A stretch of 64,000 bases of DNA from Piromyces finnis finn (taxonomy: Eukaryota > Fungi > Neocallimastigomycota), in the NCBI GenBank assembly GCA_002104945.1, contig MCFH01000045.1, positions 1 to 64,000 of the forward strand. The letters run 5' to 3'. Made by a program: the position numbers and the translations under genes. Numbering within the stretch: position 1 is the first letter of the stretch; each line of letters opens with the position of its first letter. Of this stretch, positions 13,860-26,791 are shown one piece after another. The notes under the pieces are model-generated. The model had not been told where the DNA came from and did no database searches. It saw nothing but the letters and a program-made list of their open reading frames with translations.

Positions 13860-13883
13860 TTTTATAATAAAATAAACAAATAT
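13117..13883 (+). repeat. Right arm of the 767-bp inverted repeat (partner 6170-6936)
   Basis: Identity starts at cacaaccagttgtc (13117) and ends at ...aataaacaaatat (13883); flanks diverge immediately on both sides. Confidence 0.95.
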
Positions 13884-13992
13884 TTGTAAAAGTTACTTTT
13901 TTTTTATTTAACCTAAAGTAAATTATAAATATTTTTCTATATAATTATCGGTTTAATATGAATTGAAAAAAAAAACATTACTTTTCTTCATA

Positions 13993-14023
<31 letters not shown>

Positions 14024-14344
14024 TTATTATTTTAAAAATTTTAATATAGTTTTAGAAGAAAAATAAAATAAATAAAATACTTTGTATATATAATTAATAA
14101 AATTAATAAAATAAAAAAAAAAAAGTAATAAAAAAAAAAATAAATTTTAAATATATATTTTCAAGGTTTTATAGTGTATATTGAATTATAATTCAAGGTT
14201 TTAAATGGATTTAATTCTGATTTTTATTTTTATTTCTTTTTATAATTTTTAAATTTTAACTATTTTGAACAATATTAATTGTTATAGTTTCCATTTTTTT
14301 TTAAATAATTCATTGAATGAAATCATGAAGTATTTTTAAATTTA

Positions 14345-14520
14345 GTGGGTCACCACCATATTATCTACCTGATTAAAGATAGGTAATATGCTATTTATTA
14401 CTATTTTATTTTATTATATCATTTTATTTCATTTAATCGATTAGGTAGGACCAATCCCACACAGTATAACTTTCAGAGTTCATCCATATTATACACCATA
14501 AATCAATATTTATCGATTTT
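14345..14520 (-). ncRNA. Possible structured non-coding RNA or element relic (GC-richer island with several hairpins); identity unknown
   Basis: Locally higher GC within very AT-rich intergenic DNA. Minus-strand hairpins gattgg-tcctac-ctaatc (with a G-U pair), catatt...aatatg (14357-14390) and gtgg-tgac-ccac. No snRNA, tRNA or SRP signature recognised. Confidence 0.25.
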
Positions 14521-15672
14521 ATTTTATTATTTTTATATTGATTTCTATTAACATTTATTAAATCTTCTAATATATATTTTTATTAAATAAATAAGTATAT
14601 AATGGTTGACTTTTTTTTTTTTTTTGATAAAAAAAGAAAAGTTTTAATATCAATATCGCAACCAAAAGAAATAATAATTTTTTTTTTTTTTTTACATTCA
14701 ATAATAAAATATTTGCTTTATTTATTTTTTTTACTCTTTTTTACATCAACACTCTATAAAATACATTATTAAATTAGAATGAATTTACAACTTCTTTTTG
14801 GTAAAGTGTAAACTATTACAATAAAAAAAAAAAGATTAGTTATTAATACATTATAGTATTAATTACATTGGTAATACATTATTTTTTTTTTTTATTTTTT
14901 AAATTTTGTTGGTTCAGTTAACTTTAATTTTTTTTTTTTATTAATATTAAATATTTAAAAAAAAAAAAAAAAATCCTCAATCTATTTAAATATATTCTAC
15001 CAATGAAAATTATAATTATTAATAAATACCCTAACCAATACAATCTTTTATTAATTTAAATTTTTTAAAGATTTTTTGTATTATATATTCATAGTATTAT
15101 AGAAAATATATTACTTTTAACAAGAAATATATTATTTTTATTGAAGTTATTAAATATCCCCACTTTTTTTTTTATTAAAAAAAAAAATAAAATTTTTTTA
15201 ATTAAAAATTAAAATTTTTTGTAAAAATTCATACTCCATACACAACAACAAAAAAAAAAAAAAAAGGGTTTTCTAATAAAAAACGTGAATTTCACTATTA
15301 TAACCATGAAAAAAATAAAACACAAAAGTTAAAATGTATTTTTTTTTTTTTTTATATATTTTTTATTAAATAATGGGCAATTCTATGATTATGTAAAAAT
15401 CATAGTGGTGTCTTTTTTTTTTCGGTATCTTTTTTTTATGTTAAAAGAAATGGAAAAGATTATTTATCTTTTTTTTTTTCATTAAAATAGAATTAAAATG
15501 ATTTTAATTTTATATATAATATTATAATATTTTCCCTTATTTCTTATTAAATAGTTAACATAAAGATTAATACTGATAATGTTGTACGTAATTTTAATTG
15601 ATACAGAAAATAAATATATTATATGTAAATTAATTATAAATAATTAATTGATAGTTAAAAGATTTTTAATAT

Positions 15673-17296
15673 TTAAAAATCATCATAGCTTAATAATGTA
15701 CGACTACTAGCTCTTGGGTCTAAGACGCCAATATTTGAATTTTGGTATGTTTTTGGATTAATAATATTCACATTTCTGTGACCATAAATGTTATATGCTG
15801 AAAAGTTGGCCATTGATGAAGACTGGTTTGGATTATTGTTAATATATTCAAATCCATAGGTATCTTGAGTCATTGCCATTGCTCCATCATCATCTTGCCA
15901 TGGGCGGTTACCAAAACCATACTTGTTACGTTCTGGAATTTTGGCTTTGCCTACCTTAATAATTGATGATCCTAATTTATAACCATTCATTTTTTTGATA
16001 GCATCTAATGCAGCATTTGCTGACTTATATGAAATAAAAGCATATTGTTTGCCTGGGAATATTTTAATTTCTTTGATTTCACCAAAAGCAGAAAATATTT
16101 TACGAATAACCTCTTCAGGTGTATTTTCTTCTAAATCACCTAAATAAATTGTTTTTTTATAAAATTCAGTTTCTAAATAACTAGCACTTTCTCTGTAAAT
16201 TTGTGTTTGTTCAATGTCTAAAAGTGGTTTCTTTCTTGGATCATCCATAATAGTTTTTTCAATAGTATTTGTAGTGGATATAACTTCTTCATCATCATCT
16301 TCTTCCTCAAAACGTCTTTGCCTTCTACTTCCGTAATAATGGCTTTTTCTATTGTGATAATAACGATCGCGATCATATCTATTCATACGATGATGATAAT
16401 CATCATCTCTGTATCTTGAGTGTCTTGATCTGGATCTGGATCTAGATCTTGACCTAGATCTTGAACGGTATGGTTTATAAGAGGATCTGGATCTATGATA
16501 ATGTGGTGATCTTGATCTTGATCTTGAGTGATTTCTAATTCTTGAATATGGTGGAGATCTTGATCTTGATTTTGAAAGTCTGTTATTATTTTTAATTTCT
16601 TTTTTTATATCATTTACTTCTTCAATTTCTTTTTTCTCCTCTTTTATTATTCTTTTTTCAATTGGTGGTAATTTATTTATTATTTTTGTTTCTCCTTTAA
16701 TTACCTTAACAATATTTTTAGCATTTATTTCAACAGCTGGTTTTTCTTTAACTTCTTCTTCAGTTGTTTCTTTAATTTCATCTTCAACTGTTATATCTAT
16801 ATCATTTTGAGGTTCTGTTTCTGAGAAAGTATCTGGGAATATTTCAAAATCTTCAGGATCTGAATCAATTTCTATTTCATCTTCAATTATTTCGAAATCT
16901 GATGTAAATGAACCATTGTTTATTTCTTCTAATTTCATTGGTTCATTATTATCACTATTTTCACTTTCTTCCGTTTCAGATTTATTTATATCTTTATCAT
17001 TAATTTCATTTGGTAATGGTGTAGAATTTGGAGATGGTAATAAAGAGTTTTTAACATATGACGTAGATGAAGAAGATTCTTGTGAAATTGAATCTAATGA
17101 ACCTAATGTACTTATAGATAAATTTGAATCGAGTGAACTAGAAGAATCACTTGAAAGAGAACGTGATTGTGGTTGTTGTGATTTATAGAATGATAATGTA
17201 CGTTCAATACTTCTTCCTCTAGTTATAGGACTTGTATCATCGCTTGAATAACTTGTTAAGCTACTTTCAGTACTATCACTATCATATTCAAGTGGT

Positions 17297-17327
<31 letters not shown>

Positions 17328-17870
17328 TATTATTATAATTATCAGATAAATTTGAACTATTGTATGATAAAGCTGGTGAAGGACATCCTGCTATTTGTTC
17401 CTATTATAATTCAATTTTTTTTTTTTTATTTTATTAAAAAATTTCTTTTAATACACGTTTAATTTTTCTATTTTGTTTTTTTTTTTTCAAAATTCTTTTT
17501 CTCTTTTTTTTTTAAAAATAAAATAAATATTTTTCTCTCTTTATTATTCTTTTATTTTTTTACACCTCCTTTAAAAATATTATAATATTTTAGTGTAATA
17601 TATATTTACTTTAACTGCTCCCAAATTTATTTTTAAAGTCAATTTATTTTGTGATAAAGAAGAATTTATTTTATTTATAGTTCTTAAATCTTGACTTTCC
17701 TATTAATAATGTTTAAAAATTCAAATGGGTTAATATTATGGTACATACACGTAAAAAAATATATATCACTATATATATACTTTTATTCTCTTCTTTAACT
17801 GCTTGTATTTTTGAACAAGCTTTGGTGAAGCGGTTGAATCAATAAATATTTGTTCTCCGGGCATTTTCAT
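15673..17870 (-). CDS. Nuclear RS/RD-rich protein with one C-terminal RRM, NELF-E-like architecture, 3 exons
   Basis: Exon 1 17781-17870 (MKMPGEQIFIDSTASPKLVQKYKQLKKRIK), exon 2 about 17610-17699, exon 3 15673-17400; both introns phase 0. RS/RD tract, RRM (TIYLGDL...KQYAFISYKS...AIKKMNG), C-terminus DPRASSRTLLSYDDF*. Confidence 0.8.
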
Positions 17871-20800
17871 TATATATTTTTACTTCTTTTATAATAATTT
17901 AATGATTTTTTTTATATATTTATATATTTGGTATTTTGTTAAATTTATATATTGAAAGAAAATAAACAATAAATAAATAGAATTAAATTTTCAAAAACAA
18001 AAAAGAAAAATAATAAAAAGAAGAAATAAGAAAAGAATAAAAATATTTTTTTTAGTAATGTAATGTATAAAAAAATCTATATGTTTTTATAATTTATAAT
18101 GTATAAATCAATAATAAATAAATAAATTTCTAATTTCTATAAATATATGGTATCATAAACAATATCAATTTTTATTAAAGTAATTAAATAAAAAATAGAT
18201 ATTTATTAAAAAAAAAAAAAGAAAAGAAAAATGAATACTATATATATGAACTCATTCCTTTCTTTTTTTTTTTTTTTTAATTTTGCTTTTTAGTTTAAAA
18301 AAAGTGCAAAAAAAAAAAAAAAAAATTAATTAGGGGAGTTATTTAATATTAATATTTTTTTAATATTCAATAGAATTAATCATATATATTAATATTATTA
18401 TTTATTATATATATTTATAGAGGTAGAAACACCATCCTTAATAATAAGATTATAATATTTAAATTTTTACACTAATAATAATAAAATTATATTAATTTAT
18501 TTATTGGGTAATTTATTTATGAATATATAATATATATAATAATATATATTCATATTTAATCTCAATAATTTTTTAAGTTTTTTAAAATTATTATAACCAA
18601 TCATCGATGTTTAAAAATGATTGGTATATATATTAATTTTTTTTTAAATTTTCTTTTAAAAATATAATTTAATTTTTTTTTTAATTTTACTATAAAAATA
18701 TATATTTTTATAATTAAACTTTAATTTTAAGAAATTATTAAATTATTTTTGTTATAAAATTTTAAATATGGATACTGTAAAAAATGAATAGTTTAAAGAA
18801 AGAATTTTATATAATTCGTTAAAAAAAAAAAAAAAAAAAAAAAATATAGTAATAAATATGTTTTTAAGAATTTAATTTTTATCTTCCTTAAAGTACTTTT
18901 ATTACTATTTAATATTAAGATCCTATAAAAATAAAAATAGGAAGATACACGTGTTATTATTTAATTTTGACAATAATTTATAATTTATGTATTTATAATA
19001 GAAAAACATTTCTAAAATTTTAGTTTTTTATTATTGTTGCTTTAAGATTTTTTATATGTATAAGAAATTTTATATTTATTAAGAATTAATTTTTTCATAT
19101 AATATATAAATGAGTTAGATTTAGCATATAATGAATCTTTTATGATTTATATTTATAGCCAAAAAGTAAGATTTTTAATAATAATTTAATTAAACAATGA
19201 ATGAAAAAGGAACCTATTAATAGGCTAATGTAATTAATACTGCTAAGTTTATTTAATCAAATAATTTATATTATTTATAGAATATGAGATATTCTATAAG
19301 ATTAAAGGTTAATATTTAAATCTCTAATAATATCTTTTTTTAAAGTTTTTGATTAAAAATTTAATCAATATTATATTTAAATCAATGAATTAATAATTTT
19401 TTTTTATGTAAAATGAAAGTTTCTTTTTTTAAAAAAAAAAAAAAAAAAACATTAATTGTCTAAAATTTAAATTATTTGAATTACTTTTATAAAAATCTTA
19501 AATATGTTAAAAAAAAAAATTGTGTTTAGAGAAATATCGTTGATTGGTTATTTATTTTTAACATTTGTTGGATTATCCATCACTTCATTTGAAAAAAAAA
19601 TTAAATTAAGAATACTTTATTTGGAAATTAAATTTTTTTTTTAAAACAACCTTTATTTTTTTTGAAAATGAAAATATTCAATAAATATATAATATTATAA
19701 TTATTCATTTCTATTTTTATTATAATTATAAATACCTCTAAAAGTTTTAATATTTATTATTCTTTGAATATCAAAAAAAAATCAAAATATTATTAATTTC
19801 CATTGTTAAAATATAAAAAAGAGTTTGATCATTTTAATTTTATTATAATTATACATGAACTGTATATGTTAATATTTTCTGTTATTAAAATAAAAAAAAA
19901 GTTAGATCATTTTATATATATGCAACTATCTCTATATGTTAATTATTATTATGGGTGTAAACTTTTATTAATATTAGGTTTTTAGTATAAAAATTTAAAA
20001 TATTTTACATAATAAATATATTAAAATATAGTAAAAATTAATCTCTAATATATTAAAATGTAATTATTAAATTAAATTTTTATATTATTAAATTTTAATA
20101 AATTTAGATTTTTGTGTTTGTGTTTTTTTTTATTTTTTTTTTATTAAACTATTCTAAGTACCTATTACTCAGTAACTTAAAATAAGTGAAAAAAAATATT
20201 ATATTAATTCCTTATAATGATTTTTACATAATACTTTTTAGAAAATTAACATAGAATTAAAAAAATGACATATAATAAATTATTCTTATTCCTCTTTCTT
20301 TATTGTTAAAGTATGATTTAATTTCAATTTTAATCCTTTTTTTTATTTTTCATTATTTATGTATAACATTTAAAGTTTTATAATATTTTTAAAAATAGTC
20401 ATTTATGTTATTTAAATATTTTTACAAAACATAAATTTATTTATTTATTATCATAAAAAAAACAACAGCAGATCAGATAAGAATAATTAGTTTTAATATT
20501 ACTTGTTTAAAAAATGATGAGAGATAGAAAAAAGAAAAAAAAAATATTTTTGCTATTATTATTATTATAAAAAATACTATTTTAACTAATTTATTTGTGC
20601 ACTTCCAATGTACTAAAAGAAAAAAGTATAATGATGGCAAAGTCAATATTTTGAAATAGTATACTGAACTATTTTTATAATAACAAAATAAAAAAATGTT
20701 TTTTTTTTAGTTAAATCTAATAAATAAAATAAATTTTGAAAAATTAATCATTAATTAAAATATTTGTATATCAAAAAGAAATTATTCAAAATAATGAAAT

Positions 20801-21965
20801 TCTAATAAATTCCAATTAAAGAAATTAATTTTATAAAATTATAAAGTATATAACAAAAGACTAATAATAATCACCAATATTAGATATTATTAATGAATTT
20901 TTTTTATTTTAGGATAATAATTAAAAGAAATCTCAAAGTTTACTAGGATTTCTTTGGATTCATCCAGAGTTGAAAATGTTTGGTTTGAATTTAATTTTTA
21001 GTATTCCAAAAAAAACTTAGATCCAAACTAAAATTTAAATATATTTATTATATGGATGTCTATGTATTAAAATTATTTATTTTAAATTTTTTAATTCATT
21101 CTAAGTATAGTTGATCCTTGTAAAATAATGTTGTATTTTTGATACTATATGATATACTTTATATTATGTTAATTTATTAAATATATATTTAACTAGAGAA
21201 TGAAAAAAGTATAATAAAATGATAAATAAGTATAGACTTTTTATTTAATAGAATTTAAAATCAATATCATTCAAAATTAAATATTTGGTTAAGAATGATA
21301 AAATTTTCACAACCTCAGAGTTTAAATTTAATGATTATTATGAAGCAAATAAAATGCAATTAACATCATAATAAATATTTTATTTTATTCTTTTAATTTT
21401 TGTTTCTAGAAAGTTATAATTATATAACGAATAAAGGAAATGAAAATATTAATTATTATTGATCATATCTTATTAATTCTCAACTATTTAAAATCGAAAC
21501 TTTAATTTTAACAATAACATGTTATGGTATATAATGATGAAAGTATAATTCAAGAAGGTTATTTTGTATTAACTAATATTATAATGGTAGGACAGTTTTA
21601 TTAAAGAGCATAATTACTACTTTATTTTTAAGATTATCCAATATCTTTTTATTTTCAAAAAATAATAACATATGTGACATATTAGTTTTAAATTTTATTT
21701 AATTGAAAAAATTAAACCTAAAATTAATCTAACCCTTTAACATATAAAAATAATATTAACATAATAAAATGATGGCTAAGTCAATATTTAAATATATATA
21801 TTTTTTATTATAATTAATTATAAGAAATATGAAAATAAGAAAATAAAAAAAAAATAAAAAAAAAATAGGCTAATTATATAGTTAAATATAATAAATAAAG
21901 TAAATTTAGAAAAGTAAAAAAAATAATCATAAATATTGAAAGAGAATAATAATGCATTATAATCA

Positions 21966-22810
21966 TTGATAAAACCGAGAAAATTAATAAATATAATAGA
22001 TGAAATTCCGGAAAATCTAGAACATTTATCTAAATTAAATATCAGAAATAATGATTTAGAAGAATTCCCAATAGAAATAGGAAGCTTAATTAAATTAAAT
22101 GAATTGAATCTAAAAGGTAACTATATAATGGAATTACCAGAAGAAATTGGAAATTTAATTAATTTAACTGAATTGAATATTAAAGATAATATTTTAAGGG
22201 AACTACCCATAAAAATAAGTAATTTAACACATTTAATGAAATTAAATCTTGCAAACAATAATTTAAAAAAATTACCAAAAGAAATAGGAAATTTAACCAA
22301 TTTAGTTGAATTGGACATTTATAAAAATAGTTTAGATGAATTGGGAAATTTAACTAGTTTAAATAAATTGAATATTTACCATCTATCGTAATAAATTAAA
22401 AGAAATATTAAATATAACCGATTTACTAATATTAAATATTCCCAGTAATAGGTTAACATAAATACCAAAAGAAATAGAAAATGCAAGTCACTTAAATGGA
22501 ATCGAAATTCAATACAATCATTTAACAGAATTATCAAAAGAAATATGCAGTTTAATCAATTTAACAGAATTAATCATTTGTTATAATGAAATTAGAAAAC
22601 TTCCAAAAGAAATAGGAGATTTATCAAATTTAACAGCATTATATTTAAATAAAAACAAATTAATGGAAATACCAGAAGAAATGGAAAATCTAACTAGATT
22701 AACTTTATTAGACATTTGAGGTAATGAATTTGAAGAACAACCTGAAGAAATATTAGACAATATAATTAATTTAGAAATCACTTATATAGGTGCTTCTTCA
22801 TCTATTTGAA
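21966..22810 (+). pseudogene. Leucine-rich repeat pseudogene (23-aa LxxLxLxxNxLxxLPxEIGNL repeats)
   Basis: Repeats are clear in ORF 21966-22391 and continue in a shifted frame (NRLTxIPKEIENA, NEIRKLPKEIGDLSNL, NKLMEIPEEMENL). Frameshift near 22380-22400 and in-frame TGA at about 22717. Confidence 0.8.
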
Positions 22811-24032
22811 AGTAAGAAGACAATGCAGATACAGGAATAATAATGATAAAAAAATCTAATTCAAATTTCCTATGGTATTAAATATTTTAAATTAAATGAA
22901 TTAGCCGTTAGTAAAAGTCAATTAATACCATTTATTATTTCGCATCTAAACAAAGTAAAAGAAATCAATTTAAGGAATAATAAATTTCATAGTAAATTTT
23001 CTATAAATTTTTTCAGAATTGAAAACAATTTATCATGACAGGTATTTAATTTCTTTTCTTCTAAAAGAAGTTAAATCCTTAAATCCAACTTAAAATTTGA
23101 ATATAAATATTACAATAGTAAAAATAAATTAAAAATAAATAATATATTATTCTATATTTAAAAGATTTTATCATTAATTTTATTAATTATTTCAGAAACA
23201 AGTATCTATTTATCGGAGGATGTTCTCTTTGAAATATTTAAAAAATAAAAAGTTATTCATTATTCATACATTTGGTTAAACATAACAATAAACATAAACA
23301 TAATAAACTTAATAATAATAGGTTATTATTATAAGGTAATAATAAGGTTATGTTTATGCTATTGATTAGTAATGTTCAATAAATTTAAAGTAACCAAAAG
23401 TGTCAATATTGAAGAAACAATAAGACAGACCATTAAAATCAGTGCAATTATTAATGATAGTAATTTTGTTTTCTAACAAAATTTGACCCTAAATTATAGG
23501 CCTATTGAAAGTCAAATATAAATATTAAATTCATGTATAATAGTGATATTTCTTATTTTTAATGAAAATAACAAAAATACATTATTTTTAATTCTTATTT
23601 TATATTGACTCTTTTTTATTTAAAATTTTAATTATATTAATGATTTAAATGCTATTCAAACCAAATTGCTGTAAAAAATAATAAAAAGTGATAAATAGGT
23701 TTAAAAACTAAATTTCCATTAATTACAGAAAGTCATGTTTTAATGGTATTAAACTTAACTAAAGTTAATAATACTCACTATATATAATATCCAAAAAAAT
23801 TTAATTTACAAAAAATATAATTATTTGCATCTGAATGCTTGTTTATTTATATTATTTTATTTATTATAATTTTCATGAAATTCAATGCTTTTAATAGTAA
23901 TTTTTATACTTGCTTTTTTAGTAAATGTCAAATTTATTTTTAAAAGTGTTTTTTTATTAAGTAATTTTATTACTTAAATACATATGATAATTATATTTTT
24001 ATTAACATATATAATACAAAAAATTTTTATCA

Positions 24033-25610
24033 TTATTGTCTACAATTATAGTTAACAGCCTTACCCTTATCATTTAATACTGAAATTAATTCAGAAATTG
24101 GTTGACATTTTGAGAAAGCATTAACAAGAAGTCTAGCATCAAAATCAGCAGCGGTTGGTGATGGGTGTAAATAATCCACTGGGAACCAGTTGTTATTATT
24201 AAGATAAGCCTCACCAAGTTCTTCATATTGACGAGCAATATATTTAAACATATTAATACATGGAATATTTAATTCCTGAGCAACCATAATCATATAATCA
24301 TGGAAACGACCTGGAGTTTCAATTTGTCCATTATTGAAAATCTTACGAGGAGTTTGTGTAAGAAGAACTGGGTGAGCATTTTTAGCTAAAACTTGGTTAG
24401 CCATTTGACGGATATACCATGGGAAGGTATGAACGACTTCAGTTTCACCAGAACTTAAAGTAACAGTGACAGTTTCATTTCCAGTTCCATTAGCACAACC
24501 TCTTTCTTTTTCGTGAGTTGGACCACCACCATCATTGTGACCAAATTGAATGAAGACATAATCTCCAGCTTTAACACCATTCATTAAAGTTGTCCATCTT
24601 CCTTCACGCCAGAAAGATCTAGCACTTCTACCTGATTTAGCATGATTCTGAACATTACAGGTAACATAGTCAGATAAAAATTTACCCCAACCAACTGTTT
24701 TACCACCATTTGCAGTGGTACTATCTCCAGTTGAATCACCAGCAATAAAGATATTAGCTGGTTTTGAAACATTTGAAGTTGATTGTGAAGGATTACTTGT
24801 TCTAGTTGTTGTTTTAATTTGAGTAGCAGTTCCAGCTGTTCTTACTCTTGAAGTTGTAGTGGTTGTACCAGGGATGCATTGAGAAAACCTTTATATTGTA
24901 AAATTATTATTGTTATTTTTTTTTAATAATATATATTTAAATTATAATTTTTAAATGAATTTTATTAAAAAATACATAATTATATCAAATATTTGAATTA
25001 TTTAATGAAATTTATCGAGTATTTGAATGGTCATTATAAATTTAAGATTTTATGATTTTAAAAATGAATTTTAGCATTATTATTTTTTTTGAAAAAAATA
25101 TCATGTATTATGTATAAAAAATCATTATTTACAATTATTATTGTAAAATTGAAAGTTTTAGGTATAATTAGTAAACTAATTTTTTTTTTTTGGTTTATTT
25201 TAATTATTTTTAATTATATTATTTAAAGAGCTTACCATTGATTATAGTATTTACAATAATAACCACTTACACAACAATTTTCACCATTATAATTGGAACT
25301 ATTTTTAATATTTATAATAGCATTAATAATGACAATATTAACATATTTGTAGTGATGAAATTAAAATTAAAGAGAAAGTACAATATAAAACATGAAAGGC
25401 AATTGTAAAATTTATAATAATAATATTAATATATTTATAAAATTTCCATTTTATTTTATTTATATATACATTTATTTACTTAAATATTAAAATATTCATT
25501 AATATTTAAACATACCCTCCACATTGACCAAAAGCATTGCTACATGCAGCATTAACATATTTATTTATTAATGCTACAAATGTAATAAATATTACAGATT
25601 TCAAATTCAT
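24033..25610 (-). CDS. Secreted CBM1 + CE12 acetylesterase, diverged paralog of 6194-7701, 3 exons, intact
   Basis: Exon 1 MNLKSVIFITFVALINKYVNAACSNAFGQCGG, exon 2 about 25236-25299, exon 3 from about 24889 reading through in one frame (FSQCIPG..AGDSTG..GRSARSF..FGHND..DYLHPS..CRQ*). Same two intron positions as the 6194-7701 gene. Confidence 0.9.
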
Positions 25611-26367
25611 TTTATATAATATTGATTATATATTATTTGAATACTTGAAAATATAATATTAAAAAAAATTTCTATTTTAAAAATTTACATTAATAATTAA
25701 ATTTTAAAATTTTAAGTTTAACACTTCCTTTATAAAAAATTAATAATAAAGTTTACTAAAATGTTGTTCTTAAATAATCTCCCACTACATTTTGTCATAC
25801 TGTCATTCTGCTGAATAATTATATGGAAAATTTTACCATAAACTTGACTATCGTTATTTTATAATAATATCATAGTATCATAGGTTAAATTATAAAATAA
25901 GAATATAAAACCGATAAACAATTATATCATTATAATATATAAATATTATAAGTATTCAATATATTTAACATTGATATTAAAGCAATAAATTAGTAATATT
26001 ATACTATTATATTAAATATATAATATTTATTGTTAGTCAGTTTTTAATCATACCATTTTTAATTAAAAATAAAAAAATAGGAAAAAAAGTTCATCAATAA
26101 TTAAATACACAAAATTTAAATATATTATAATTTCATTTTGTACATTTCTTAATATTTGAATATCTTAAACATTTTATTAATAAACTTTAATATGAATAAC
26201 ATGGAATAAAACCTTATTTAATAATATAATATAAAAGATTATTGGAATTAGAAATGATTTTAAGGTATTACAAAAAATCAAAATTTTGACACATTTTAAT
26301 TTTAGCTGTAGTATTTTTTGGATTTGTAATACTAATTATTTTATAATAATAATTAGGAATTTATCTT

Positions 26368-26467
26368 AATAAATATCATTAGTAATATTGAAATGGCTAT
26401 TTAACGAAATATGAACAATAAATATCATTAGTAATATTGAGATGGCTATTTAACGAAATATGAACAA
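26368..26467 (+). repeat. Direct tandem duplication, 2 x 49 bp, one mismatch
   Basis: aataaatatcattagtaatattga(a/g)atggctatttaacgaaatatgaac at 26368-26416 and 26417-26465. Confidence 0.9.
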
Positions 26468-26750
26468 ATTGTTTTTAGTAAAAACTTAAACCCTTGATTT
26501 TTATAGTATTACTTATGATAAATAAGCTTTTGTTTTTTATACCGTTATTATGTATAATCAATATAATATTTATTTCATTAATCACCTATAATTAATTCCT
26601 ATAATTAAAAAGAAATAAATAATTTATAAAAATTTGAGTTTCATATATTTATTAATATCAATTACATTAGTGAATATTATTAATTGATTTCTTTTAGTTA
26701 AAAAATATTCATTTTTATAATAAAATAAATATCAAATGCTACTTTATTAC

Positions 26751-26791
<41 letters not shown>

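Noticed and set aside
20631-21789. 21-bp near-identical pair atgatggc(a/t)aagtcaatattt at 20631 and 21769
   Set aside because: Probably remnants of repeats from a decayed gene upstream of the LRR pseudogene; too short to interpret.
24584-24772. Apparent split of the second CE12 gene into two ORFs
   Set aside because: Manual translation shows one continuous frame from the exon 3 acceptor; the 62-aa ORF is an alternative frame.
26368-26467. Possible CRISPR-like repeat
   Set aside because: Only two adjacent units with no spacer, in a eukaryotic context; a simple tandem duplication.
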